Notes: generated from the letters alone by a model not told the origin. A stretch of 64,000 nucleotides of DNA from Desulfobacterales bacterium (GCA_963668645.2 CAXXWC010000001.1:320001-384000); one strand, 5' to 3'; shown: positions 49,499 through 59,646, numbered from the stretch's first letter. Numbers and translations are program-made.

Positions 49499-50686
49499 AT
49501 GGCGAAATACAAGAGACAGGAAACTGGCAAAGATGGTGTTTTTTTCATCACAGGAAAAGGTGCCAGAGGAAAACCCGAGAAAATTTATTACATTCGTTAT
49601 CGACGTAACGGGAAAATGGTGGAAGAAAAGGCCGGACGGCAATATCGCGACAACATGACACCGGCTAGAGCGGCGCTTATCCGGGCAAAACGTATCGAAG
49701 GGGATGAGTTATCGAATCAGGCCCGACGGCAAGCCAAACGGGCGGCCAAGGAAGCCGAGGCCGGCAAGTGGACCATTGACCGCCTATGGGTCGAATACAA
49801 ATCACAACGGCCATGGACCCGATCCGTCAAAGTGGACGATAACCGTTACCAGAACCACCTAAAGGCCCCCTTTGGCACCAAGGAGCCGGCTGAATTGATA
49901 CAACTGGATATCGACCGGCTACGGATCAACCTGTTGAAGAAGCGGAGCCCCCAAACCGTCAAGCACGTTATGGCCCTGTTGCGGCGGATTTGCCGTTTCG
50001 GTTCGAAAAAGGGGTTGACCCCTGCCCTGCCCTTCTCAATCGAAATGCCTAAGGTGGACAACGAGGTCACCGAAGATTTAAGCCCTGAGCAGCTTCAAAG
50101 GCTGCTGGCCGTGATAGACGCCTATCCGGATATCCAGGCGCAGGGAATCATGCGGATGGCGCTTTACACCGGGATGAGGGCGTCAGAAATCTTTCATCTT
50201 GAATGGTCTGACCTGGACTTCGAGCGGGGCTTTATCACCATACGCAACCCCAAAGGCGGCCGGGACCAAAAGATTCCGATGAATGACGCGGCCCGCGATC
50301 TTCTGAAGGAGCATCCCAGGTACCGGGCGAACCGGGGCAAGGGGCCAGAAAGTCCGTTTGTTTTTCCTGGAAAAGGCGGCCGGCGCCGGACCACGATTCA
50401 ACGGCTGTCAACCGATATCCGGGAAAAAGCCGGCTTGCCGAAGGACTTCAGACCGATGCATGGGTTACGGCACGTTTTCGCGTCAATGCTGGCATCAAGC
50501 GGTAAGGTTGACCTTTTCACCCTGCAAAAGCTGCTGACCCACAAAAGCCCGTCAATGACCCTGCGCTATGCCCACCTGCGCGATGAGGCCCTACGGGCAG
50601 CTTCGAGCGTTGCAGGCGATATCGTTACTGAGGCAGCCGCAAAGGTTGGGGAAGTGATTGACATGAAGGGACGGGGAGCGAAATAA
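49499..50686 (+). CDS. int: Tyrosine recombinase (phage integrase)
   Basis: YTGMRASE, PKGG, HGLRHVFAS, LTHKS..TLRYAH catalytic set. Confidence 0.95.
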   Translation: MAKYKRQETGKDGVFFITGKGARGKPEKIYYIRYRRNGKMVEEKAGRQYRDNMTPARAALIRAKRIEGDELSNQARRQAKRAAKEAEAGKWTIDRLWVEYKSQRPWTRSVKVDDNRYQNHLKAPFGTKEPAELIQLDIDRLRINLLKKRSPQTVKHVMALLRRICRFGSKKGLTPALPFSIEMPKVDNEVTEDLSPEQLQRLLAVIDAYPDIQAQGIMRMALYTGMRASEIFHLEWSDLDFERGFITIRNPKGGRDQKIPMNDAARDLLKEHPRYRANRGKGPESPFVFPGKGGRRRTTIQRLSTDIREKAGLPKDFRPMHGLRHVFASMLASSGKVDLFTLQKLLTHKSPSMTLRYAHLRDEALRAASSVAGDIVTEAAAKVGEVIDMKGRGAK

Positions 50687-50687
50687 A

Positions 50688-51239
50688 ATGAAACCTGAAT
50701 TTCTTTCAACAGCGGAACTGATGCGGCGATGGGGGACCGAACAAGAACGGTCAATCCTTCATGCAATCGAAAACGGCTTGCCGGTTTATGAAGAAACGCC
50801 CGATGTCGGCCTAATCGGACTTGAAGAGCTTGCCCCGGCGGATGTTGTGGAGCGTTATAACTTCAACGGTAAAGATATCTGCAAACCAATCAACTTTCTT
50901 CGCTTGATATTCAAGATCGAAGACGTTGAACGGTTCGAGACCGAAAACGATGAATCACCCCTTGATGACAATGTAACCAAGGCACAGCACAAGAAATTGA
51001 AAAACGACTATCAAAAGCTAAAGGGGCGATTTGAAATAGCGCTGGATGTTGCCACTACCCTATCGTTCAGTATCGCTATAAGATACGAACTAACCGGAGC
51101 GAAAATAACGAATAAACAATTTGTCGAATGGGGGGAAGAATGGTTTCCAGACGCCCCTAAACAGATATTCAAAGATCTTTGGAAAATGGTCCCGAAAAGG
51201 TACAAGGACATCCCGGAAACCGACGAAAAAGACGTTTAA
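50688..51239 (+). CDS. Hypothetical protein immediately after int (N-terminal HTH-like segment), lower GC
   Basis: Starts 1 nt after the int stop; FLSTAELMRRW; followed by a terminator. Confidence 0.7.
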   Translation: MKPEFLSTAELMRRWGTEQERSILHAIENGLPVYEETPDVGLIGLEELAPADVVERYNFNGKDICKPINFLRLIFKIEDVERFETENDESPLDDNVTKAQHKKLKNDYQKLKGRFEIALDVATTLSFSIAIRYELTGAKITNKQFVEWGEEWFPDAPKQIFKDLWKMVPKRYKDIPETDEKDV

Positions 51240-51296
51240 CCCCTTCGCTCATTGACCACCTAAAACAAACTTCAAAATTTTTTCGACTTTTTCCTT

Positions 51297-51333
51297 AAAG
51301 CCGCGACCCACAAGGGTTTGCGGCTTTTATTTT
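51297..51333 (+). terminator. Intrinsic terminator
   Basis: AAAGCCGC-GACCCACAAGGGTTT-GCGGCTTTTATTTT. Confidence 0.7.
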
Positions 51334-51479
51334 ACCCCTTCGGCCATTGAACCCGTCAATTACCGAAGCCCCCTACCCTGCTTGCCGATGCTTGACAGTG
51401 GGTAAATGTGGGGTGGAATATTGGCGCAAAAGTAAGGCAAGCGATGAACAAATTTGCACCGACCGAAAGGGGGAACAAG

Positions 51480-51671
51480 ATGGGAAAATTCTTGAACGAC
51501 GTTGAAACCGCAGAACGCCTCAACTTGGCAGTTCAAACGCTCCGGAATTGGCGTTTCGAGGGTAAGGGACCGGCCTATAGAAAATTTGGACGGGCGATCC
51601 GGTATTCGGAGGAAGATCTCCGGGCTTTTGTAGAATCCTGCAAAATCCAACCTAGCGCGGAGAGCGCATAA
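51480..51671 (+). CDS. AlpA/excisionase-like HTH protein
   Basis: LNDVETAERLNLAVQTLRNWRFEGKGPAYRKFGRAIRY. Confidence 0.9.
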   Translation: MGKFLNDVETAERLNLAVQTLRNWRFEGKGPAYRKFGRAIRYSEEDLRAFVESCKIQPSAESA

Positions 51672-54134
51672 ATGATCAACCTTTCGCAAGCCCCCCCGCA
51701 ACGCCTGGAACGATACCGCCCGGAACCAGAACGGCCGGCCGATGACCCGGTAACGGCCTTCATTGGCGCCATGGTGGCGGCCGGCTTGTCGCCTGATGAA
51801 GTGGCAGCCGATGGCCTCTTTAGGCGTCATGCAACCGTTGACCATCCCAACAGCAAAAACGGCTGGCATGTCCTTTACCCGGACCCGCCGGCTGGCGCGT
51901 TCGGCAACTGGGCAAGCGGGCTTTCCGAAACATGGAGCCTTGGCGGCGAACCATTGCGGGAAGCGGATCGGCGGCGGTTGCAAGAAGAAATTGCGAAGCA
52001 AAAGGCCGAGCGTAAGGCGAAGCAAGCCGAGGCGGCAGAAAAGGCGCGGCAATACCTGGCGACCCTACCCCCGGCCGACGACTCGAACCCCTACCTATCC
52101 CGCAAAAGCGTCAAGCCCTGCCCGGGTCTACTGGCCGATGGCGATCTGCTTGTGGTGCCTATCCCGGGGGCAGACGGCCGGCCGATGAGCTATCAGCGGA
52201 TCACCTCGGATGGATCGAAGCGGTTTGCGCCAGGCTGCCCCGTAGCCGGCGGTTGTCTTGAAATCGCGGGTGACGGCACCGGCCCGTTGCTGATCTGCGA
52301 AGGCATCGCAACCGGCTTAACCCTTCATTGGGCGACCGGATACACGGTTTTGGTTGCCCTCAGCGCGAACAACCTGGCGGCCGTGGCGACGATGGCCCGG
52401 AGCCGATACCCGGCCCGTCAAATCGTTTTGGCGGCCGACAACGACATTCGAACCGAGGCCTGCACCGGCCGAAACCCCGGTATTGAGGCTGCGAAAGCAG
52501 CGGCGGCGGCCGTGGGTGGGTTTGTGGTGGCTGCCGATGCGGGCGACTTCAACGATTTACACCAGGGCCAAGGGCTTGAGGTTGTCAAGCGGATCATCGA
52601 GGCGGCGCGACCCGTGGAAATTGTAGCAAGTGTAGCGGGAATAGCAGTAGCAACTGGCGAAGACTGGCCCGACCCCCTGCCCCTAACCCCCGAAGAGAAG
52701 GCCGAGCCCTATCCCATGGAGGCCCTGCCCGGGTTGATTGGCGATGCCGCGGCCGAGGTTGCGGGTTTCGTTCAATGCCCCGCAGCCCTGGCGGCCTGTT
52801 CGGCGCTGGCAGCGGTTTCGACCGTTGCGGCCGGCTTGGTTGACGTTCGAAGGGCGAAAAGACTGGCCGGCCCTGCGGCACTCTTTTTCATAGTCTTGGC
52901 TGAATCGGGCGAACGGAAAACCACCGCCGATAATGCCTTTACCGATGAAATCAGAGCATGGCAGGCCCGACAAGCCGAGGCATTCAAGCCCGATCTGCAA
53001 GCCTGGCGGGCGGCCGAAGCGGCATGGATCGCTGAACGAGACGGGCTGATAACTGCGATCCGGGAAGCGTCGAAGCGTGGGAAGGACACCACCGAACTGA
53101 AGGAACGGCTTGCCGATCTTGAAACCCGGAAGCCGGAGCGGCCCATGGTGCCACGGTTGCTATGGGGGGACGCCACCACCGAGGCCCTGACCTGGGGGCT
53201 TGCCCGTCGATGGCCGGTTGCCGGTATTCTGAGCAGCGAAGGGGGCGCGATCCTGGGCGGGCATTCAATGCGGCCCGAGTCGGTAATGAAGGCCCTTGCG
53301 ACCTACAACAGCTTGTGGGACGGCCTACCTCTGACCATCGACCGGAAAACGAGTGATTGTTACACGGTAGGATCTGCCCGGCTGACCCTGGGGGTGGCTG
53401 TTCAGCCCGAAACAATGCGTCAATTTATAGACGGCACCCGGGGACTTGCCCGTGGGTCTGGATTCTTGGCCCGGTTTCTTGTTTCGTGGCCCGAATCGAC
53501 CCAAGGGCGCCGGATGTTTCAAGAGGCCCCGGACCAGTGGGCGGCCCTGGCCCGGTTCCACCGGCGACTGGCAGATCTGCTGAACCACCCGTTAGCCTTC
53601 GATGACTTGGGGGCACTTTGTCCCGTAGTTTTGGACCTGGACCCTGAAGCTAAGGTCGCTTGGATCGATTTTCACGACACGGTTGAAGCCGAGCTTGCAC
53701 CAGACGGCGAAATGGCCGAGACCCGGGACGTGGCGAGCAAGGCGAGCGACAACGCGGCCCGCATGGCGGCGCTTTTCCATACGTTCGAGCATGGCCCGGC
53801 CGGCACTATTGGATCTGACCATATGCGACGGGCAGCACGGATTGTGGCATGGCACCTATTCGAAGCGCGGCGGTTCCTGAATCAAATTGCGACCCCTGAG
53901 GCCGTAGCCGATGCCATGGCCCTTGAGACGTGGCTTGTGGACTACTGCCGGCGCGAACGACTGGCCGTGGTGCCATGCAATCGTGCTCAGAAGTTCGGCC
54001 CCAACCGCACCAGACGAAAGGCGGCGCTTGACGCTGCTTTGAATGAACTCGAAGGCGCCGGCCGGATTCGGCGGGGTACCGAGGGGCGCAAGGCCGTTAT
54101 TATCCTCCACCCTGAAATCAGAGAGAGGCAATGA
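51672..54134 (+). CDS. Toprim primase fused to a DUF3987/YfjI-like helicase domain
   Basis: YLSRK, ICEGIATG, AADND, GDFNDL (Toprim); AESGERKTT, DATTEAL, SSEGG, SGFLARFL. Confidence 0.88.
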   Translation: MINLSQAPPQRLERYRPEPERPADDPVTAFIGAMVAAGLSPDEVAADGLFRRHATVDHPNSKNGWHVLYPDPPAGAFGNWASGLSETWSLGGEPLREADRRRLQEEIAKQKAERKAKQAEAAEKARQYLATLPPADDSNPYLSRKSVKPCPGLLADGDLLVVPIPGADGRPMSYQRITSDGSKRFAPGCPVAGGCLEIAGDGTGPLLICEGIATGLTLHWATGYTVLVALSANNLAAVATMARSRYPARQIVLAADNDIRTEACTGRNPGIEAAKAAAAAVGGFVVAADAGDFNDLHQGQGLEVVKRIIEAARPVEIVASVAGIAVATGEDWPDPLPLTPEEKAEPYPMEALPGLIGDAAAEVAGFVQCPAALAACSALAAVSTVAAGLVDVRRAKRLAGPAALFFIVLAESGERKTTADNAFTDEIRAWQARQAEAFKPDLQAWRAAEAAWIAERDGLITAIREASKRGKDTTELKERLADLETRKPERPMVPRLLWGDATTEALTWGLARRWPVAGILSSEGGAILGGHSMRPESVMKALATYNSLWDGLPLTIDRKTSDCYTVGSARLTLGVAVQPETMRQFIDGTRGLARGSGFLARFLVSWPESTQGRRMFQEAPDQWAALARFHRRLADLLNHPLAFDDLGALCPVVLDLDPEAKVAWIDFHDTVEAELAPDGEMAETRDVASKASDNAARMAALFHTFEHGPAGTIGSDHMRRAARIVAWHLFEARRFLNQIATPEAVADAMALETWLVDYCRRERLAVVPCNRAQKFGPNRTRRKAALDAALNELEGAGRIRRGTEGRKAVIILHPEIRERQ

Positions 54135-54595
54135 TGGCGCTACGTGATTGGGTATCCGGGGCGGTTGCTACTGCTACAGTCGCTACAACTGCTACAAAAG
54201 CGACCCCGAAAGACCGAAGTGTAGCAACTGTAGCGACTGTAGCAGTAGCAGAACCCAGAAAAAGGGAACCAGCACCCACCCCACCCCGAACCATCGAGGC
54301 CCCGACCGGCGGGTGGATTACCCCGACGACAGTCTACCAGGGCCACCCAACCAAGGCAGCCGTGGACGTGGCCGACGCGATCTTAACCCATTTGGCTAAC
54401 CAGGGACGGCCATGCACTGAAGCCGAGATCATTCAAACCGTGGGGGGCGATCCTCGAACCGTTGGGGCGATCTTACGGCGTCTGGCCGAGGACGGCATCG
54501 TGGAACCCGTACCGGCTGGCCGGTATCGGCTTCCAGAATACCCACCACCACCGGGAACCAGCCCGGGGGTTGCAACAAGCGGAGGCAAAAAATGA
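54131..54595 (+). CDS. Hypothetical protein with C-terminal winged-HTH-like region; 5' part overlaps the iteron-like palindrome
   Basis: ATGA overlaps with both neighbours; ILTHL..TEAEI..ILRRLAEDGIV..GRY. Confidence 0.6.
   Translation: MMALRDWVSGAVATATVATTATKATPKDRSVATVATVAVAEPRKREPAPTPPRTIEAPTGGWITPTTVYQGHPTKAAVDVADAILTHLANQGRPCTEAEIIQTVGGDPRTVGAILRRLAEDGIVEPVPAGRYRLPEYPPPPGTSPGVATSGGKK
54166..54250. repeat. 31-bp inverted repeat built from GCTACA/TGTAGC units, candidate replication origin
   Basis: Arms 54166-54196 and 54220-54250 are 29/31 complementary with a 23-bp spacer. Confidence 0.7.
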
Positions 54596-54810
54596 AACGA
54601 CCGACCTTAAACGAGATCGACTTGGAGAGGGCTATTGAACAGATCGGGCGGCGACCCGGTTTGATTCTGACCATGGCACCGGATCAATGGGATTGCCTCT
54701 TGTCGTGTGCCTATGACAGGGGTGCTCTTCTCTTAGAAGCCAAAGGCGCCGGCACAGTGGAAGATCCTCTTCAGGTATTCAGGGCATATCGAAAGGGAGC
54801 AGTCCAATGA
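54592..54810 (+). CDS. Hypothetical protein
   Basis: GGAGG RBS and ATGA overlap, in the same direction as the operon. Confidence 0.6.
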   Translation: MKRPTLNEIDLERAIEQIGRRPGLILTMAPDQWDCLLSCAYDRGALLLEAKGAGTVEDPLQVFRAYRKGAVQ

Positions 54811-54895
54811 TAGCCATGGGGCTTGCCGGGCCACGCCAATGCGACGAAGCGGCGGGCGGATACCCAGCAAGGGCCGGTCGAAAGGCTGCGAAGAC

Positions 54896-55321
54896 ATGCC
54901 GATAGCACCACCTAAACCTTGCCGTCGATGCCGACGGCCAACCCGCAACCGTTCGGGCCTGTGTGATACCTGCGAGACCAGACGCCAGGCCCGACGGCAA
55001 GCCATTAAGCCGAAGAAAGAAACGCGACCCTTTTACGGATCTGCAAGGTGGAAGGGGGTGCGGAACAGCTATTTCCGAAGGCATCGCTTTTGTGAACTGT
55101 GCGCGGCCAAAGGTATTGCGAGGCTTGCGGATCTGGTCGACCATGTTCGTGAGCTTGAGGACGGCGGAGCAGAGGTTGCAATAGACAACTTGATGAGCCT
55201 GTGCAGACGATGCCATGCCAGCAAGACCAAAAGGATGGCGGCGGCAAGAAAACACGGCTACGAGGCGATTAGCGCCCTTGTAGACGAATTGAAACGGGCG
55301 ACGGGGGGAGGGGGGGTGTAA
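54896..55321 (+). CDS. Phage-type HNH endonuclease (HK97 gp74-like, cos-packaging associated)
   Basis: MPIAPPKPC..FYGSARWKGVR..CELC..VDHV..GG..NLMSLCRRCHASKT. Confidence 0.88.
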   Translation: MPIAPPKPCRRCRRPTRNRSGLCDTCETRRQARRQAIKPKKETRPFYGSARWKGVRNSYFRRHRFCELCAAKGIARLADLVDHVRELEDGGAEVAIDNLMSLCRRCHASKTKRMAAARKHGYEAISALVDELKRATGGGGV

Positions 55322-55384
55322 TTCTTCAGGGCGCTTGCTTCCTCCACCGTAGCGGCAGGCTCTTTCTTGCTGTGTCAAAATTGA
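55303..55384 (+). other. Putative cos-type packaging site
   Basis: G run at the HNH 3' end, then ACCGTAGCGGCAG and GTCAAAATTG; resembles the region following HNH genes in cos phages (by recognition only). Confidence 0.45.
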
Positions 55385-56113
55385 GGCGTTTTTTATGCAG
55401 CAGTCTTATGAGTCCGAACTCGGAAAAAGGGGCTCTTCGAGTATCTTAGTGTTTTAAACAAAGTATAATGGGGGGATCAAATGCGTAGCGAAGAGGATAA
55501 TTTTGTAGTATTTCATCATTATGCTGATTTATGGACGTAAAAAATATTATAATACTTCACTGATACAACTGCAATAGAAAATGAATCGATTTAGAAAATA
55601 TGTTTTTTGATCCATTTCCGTAATAAATATTTTTTGCATATATTGTTGGAGAATGTCATTTAAGATATACGTCTTTATCCTCCAGTAGTTAAACAACGGT
55701 TTTCGAAAAAGGATTCCTGTTCCTCGTGGCCCTGCTTTTTATGTAAGAAGCGGGAAGCCCGATCTCTGAAAGCAAGCATATTACCAGCAAGTGCTTTAGT
55801 TTCTCTGTCATGTAGTATAGATCAACTCCGGTCTTGACCTGCCCTTCAAGACTACCATCTTGGTGTATCATGTGGTTCCTGGTGTCAACCACGTCTTTGG
55901 CAAACAGATTGATCTGTTTTGTATCGATGCTGATAATCTCCCGGTGCCTCCTGAGGATATCGAGAAGCCGCTTACGAAGGGAGAACTCATGCAGGTACTT
56001 CATGCGAAGCTGGATGCTATTTCTGAAGTCTTTCGGGAGATCGGCAGGAATGTTGGCAAGTAAATGATTATAAACACCGTTCCGAAACTCCTCGTCAGTC
56101 TGATACTTTCCTT

Positions 56114-57692
56114 GTAAGCGTTCACGGGGTATCCCGGAGTTACAATTCCGAAGTCTAACGTGCTGAATTCACAAGAGAAAGATACATTATGACATAAAGT
56201 ATTGAAATTGTTAAAAAAATCTAGACATTCGTTTTCTAGTGTGATAGGCTCTTTTCCATGGAGACGAAAAGACCCTTCACAGACCTTGAATGGCATCTTA
56301 CGCCGGAACCTGTCCGGCACTATATCCTTTACCTCGAGCAGGCTTTGCATAATCTGCAGAAGCAAGTTGACGATTACGGCAAGCGAATCGAAAAGCTGGA
56401 GGTGAAGACCCGGGAAAATTCTCGAAACTCCAGCAAGCCGCCGTCATCCGACAGCCCGTTTGACCGATCCGGCCGGAAGAATGGAAAAAAAGGAAGTCGC
56501 CCCAAGGGCGGCCAGAAAGGCCATAAGGCCTACAAGCAGCAAATGCTGAGTCCAAATAAATCTCATGCGTTGATGCCCGAACGCTGTCGTTGCGGCAACA
56601 CCGACTTCGGAGGAAGCCGGATGGAACCGTTTTATACCCATCAGCATATCGAGCTGCCCGAAATCCAAATGGAGATCAGCCATTTTATACTTCACCGCTG
56701 CGACTGTCCCAGCTGTGGGAAAACTGTCAAGGCCGTGCTGCCCGAGCCGGTTCGCTATGGATACGGTCCGCGATTGAGTGCGTTGATCGCCGAGTTGAGC
56801 GGCATCAAGGCGATGAGCCGAAACGATGTCAAGCATATATGCGAATCGGTTCTGCGTATGCCCATCGCCACGGGCACCATTCAGAAAATCGTCGACCGGG
56901 CTTCGGAGGCCATTACTCCGGCATACAAAGCCATCGGGGACGTGGCCCGCAGTTCGCTGTGCAATTACATTGACGAGACGTCCTGGTTTAACCAAAACGG
57001 CCTTCAGTGGCTGTGGGCCATGGTCAATGATCGGGTGGCCTTCTATCGTATCGATGCCCACCGTTCCAAGGATGCCTTCAACCAGCTGATCCAGGATTGG
57101 CGAGGAATTCTGGTCAGCGACTCCTACGGCCTATACCGAAACTGGGTTCATGGGCGCCAAACTTGTCTTGCCCATCTGATCCGCAAGGCCGATGCCTTGT
57201 GCGAGAGGAAAAAACCTGATCTACGACGCTTCGGGCACATCATGGCATCCTTGCTTCGGCAGTTGATTCAATTTGCCAAAGATCCACCGCCGCCGCGACA
57301 ATGGCAGCAGTATTACGCACAACTGTTGTTCGCGCTGTCTCTGTGGGAGCCCGATAAATCCGACGCTGGCCAGCTGGCTCGACAGATTTTACGCGAAATC
57401 GACTCGCTTTGGTTCTTCATCGAACACGAGGGCGTGGAGCCGACCAACAACCGGGCCGAACGGGCGCTTCGCTTCGGGGTTTTGTGGCGAAAGCGCAGCC
57501 TCGGCACCCAAAGTGAAAAAGGAAATCGCTGGGTAGAACGTATCCTCTCCCTGAAGGAAACTTGTCGGTTAAAAGCGAAATCAACCTTCCAGACCCTGGA
57601 ACTCTGCATCGAATCGTTCTTCAACAACGACAAGCCCGATCTGTCTTGGATATAGCTCAGACCACGGTTTCCTTTACCCCGTGAACGCTTAC
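56114..57692 (+). mobile_element. IS66-family insertion sequence, single-ORF type, 1579 bp
   Basis: Perfect 18-bp terminal inverted repeats GTAAGCGTTCACGGGGTA; 8-bp target duplication CTTTCCTT (56106-56113 and 57693-57700). Confidence 0.96.
56258..57655 (+). CDS. IS66 transposase (TnpC)
   Basis: NSRNSSKPPSSD, CRC..CPSC, IDETSW, VSD.Y, QTCLAHL, TNNRAERALR. Confidence 0.95.
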   Translation: METKRPFTDLEWHLTPEPVRHYILYLEQALHNLQKQVDDYGKRIEKLEVKTRENSRNSSKPPSSDSPFDRSGRKNGKKGSRPKGGQKGHKAYKQQMLSPNKSHALMPERCRCGNTDFGGSRMEPFYTHQHIELPEIQMEISHFILHRCDCPSCGKTVKAVLPEPVRYGYGPRLSALIAELSGIKAMSRNDVKHICESVLRMPIATGTIQKIVDRASEAITPAYKAIGDVARSSLCNYIDETSWFNQNGLQWLWAMVNDRVAFYRIDAHRSKDAFNQLIQDWRGILVSDSYGLYRNWVHGRQTCLAHLIRKADALCERKKPDLRRFGHIMASLLRQLIQFAKDPPPPRQWQQYYAQLLFALSLWEPDKSDAGQLARQILREIDSLWFFIEHEGVEPTNNRAERALRFGVLWRKRSLGTQSEKGNRWVERILSLKETCRLKAKSTFQTLELCIESFFNNDKPDLSWI

Positions 57693-59439
57693 CTTTCCTT
57701 TATACATCCTTCGATGGTAGAATTCGATTGCCCCGATGAGGTTTAGGAATCGGTGCTCAACGTACAACTTTTGAGCATACATCGTTGAAAAAAAATAATC
57801 CATTACCGGCTTGAGTTGGTCGGCTTTCTCGTACCAGTTGGCAAGGTATCTACCTATGTCATGGGAGATATCTGCATATGGTACGAGCATATCGTAATAA
57901 GAGCGTATTTTTGCTGTATCAGGCTTGGTTGCCAGTTGATAGTACCACTCGACCTTTTGATGGGTATCCTTTTCACCTTCACAAAGTATCGGCTCTGCTT
58001 CTATGACCGTTGGATAAATTGGAGAAAGAGCTGCCAGGGAAAGAAAATCCTGAAACCTTCCATGGACTTCGAGCCAGTCGAAGAAGCCCTTTGGCTCGTT
58101 CTTGGATTCAAAGCATACCGTTGACTTCTGCGTGATAGTGATTTTATCCAAGGCCAATATGGGACTTGTTACGCCAAATTGAACGGTTATGGTTAAATCG
58201 CTGAGATTTGCAAGTTCAATGGACTCAGGGCTTTCGTATTCAACGCGCAATTTGCCTTTTTCGGCGTTGCTCTTTACCTGAAAGCCAGAAACATAAAGCC
58301 ACTGATCAAAGTGTAAATAGCGAACATGTATCTTGCAGAACCGTATTTCGTCCTTACTGTTGTAATGTCGCCCTGTAAAAATGAATTGTGGAGAAAATTT
58401 TTGGATATACATCCCCGGGAAGCTCATACTCGCGTTAGTCGATATACATTTGTAAAGTGTGACAGTTTTTCCATTAGAAGTGAAGCCGAGTATGATATCC
58501 TGCCCTTCAAAGCGAAAAAGCCTATTCTCCATAGAATCGAGCGATCCCGTAAGCTCAAGCTGTGCTCCTTCGGACTGGTTGACCTTCAAGGCCCCGGGGA
58601 CTTTGTTATCTGGGTTGTCAGGAAGCCACCAATACCCGTTGAGATCGAATTCCTTGAGCATATTGTTCTCCTCCCTGTCGACGTGCAATATGGTTAGAAG
58701 GATACAATATAAAACAACACGTTAACTTGCAAGGAGGCGGGGGATGTTATCGAGGCCCCTCGCTGTTGCAGGGCCTCATTGATAAGCCGCGAACAGCGGA
58801 CCACCCCTGAAAACAGCCGGTAGTCGATCGCGATCTTTACCAAAGCTATCACCGGTCGGCTTCGGAAATCGTGACGGGGCCGGATAGCCGGATAGATGGA
58901 CAAACCGGTGGCCACAGGGTGGGCGATTATAGGAGCCGTTGCCGCTAACAGAACAAAGGTGCCGGCTGCCTTTGCTGGGTCGATCATAGGCCGGCTCCGG
59001 GTCTTGTCACCGGCCCGGGTGGCGGGGCCAGCGTCAAACCCGTAAAGATATCCGCCGGCTTTGGCTGGCGGTCCTACTTCAGGCGATCCGGGACGCCTTG
59101 CTCTGACGCAAGCTGCGGGGGCAGTCGGCCGTCGGTTGTCGGGCCGATCTTCGGCGGCGGATCTACAAGGAAGCCTACGATTGGATCGAAAGCCTTGACG
59201 AAGGCTTCGTCAACGTCTGCCAGGTCATCGGCCGTGCCCCGGAGCAGATCCGGCATTACGTCGTTGAGAGCGGCACGGCTGAGGATTATTCAGCGCACCT
59301 GCGAGGGGTGGACAAGGCTGCCTGAATTTTGTTCCCATTTGGGAACCATTTCTGGAAATATAGTATCATTTCAAGTAGTTGTTGACATGCCGCCTTGATC
59401 GGTTTAGGCTTCCCGAAACCATAACGGAAAGGACAAAGC

Positions 59440-59646
59440 ATGTACCTGAACACGGCGAACACCATTGACGAAATCTTGACCCATGGCATCGGCCCGGCAA
59501 TCGAATTTCTTGACATGGCGCAGGACGAACGCGAAGCCGGCAACGATGACCGAGCTTCGATGCTTGAGCTTGAGGCACGCGGCAAGCTGTACGTCTGCCG
59601 TGAGCGGCTGGACGCGATCCGGCGGGCTGGGCGGATGACGGGTTGA
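59440..59646 (+). CDS. Small hypothetical protein (68 aa) with its own promoter
   Basis: TTGACA-N17-TAGGCT (59382-59410) and GAAAGGA RBS. Confidence 0.6.
   Translation: MYLNTANTIDEILTHGIGPAIEFLDMAQDEREAGNDDRASMLELEARGKLYVCRERLDAIRRAGRMTG

Larger units (their letters stand above)
55689..58661 (-). pseudogene. ApeA-like (N-terminal domain plus HEPN) putative anti-phage gene interrupted by IS66
   Basis: GYWWLPDNP..PGAL N-terminus; RFLNLIGAIEFYHR; HEPN RNHMIH. Removing the IS plus one target duplication restores a 1386-nt, 461-aa frame. Confidence 0.85.

Noticed and set aside
56000..56365. 121-aa minus-strand ORF
   Set aside because: Spans the IS end and a wrong frame of the disrupted HEPN gene
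58694..59398. Short ORFs in the cargo region (58694-58987, 59074-59256, 59195-59398)
   Set aside because: No clear RBS or recognisable motifs; possibly gene debris, not supportable
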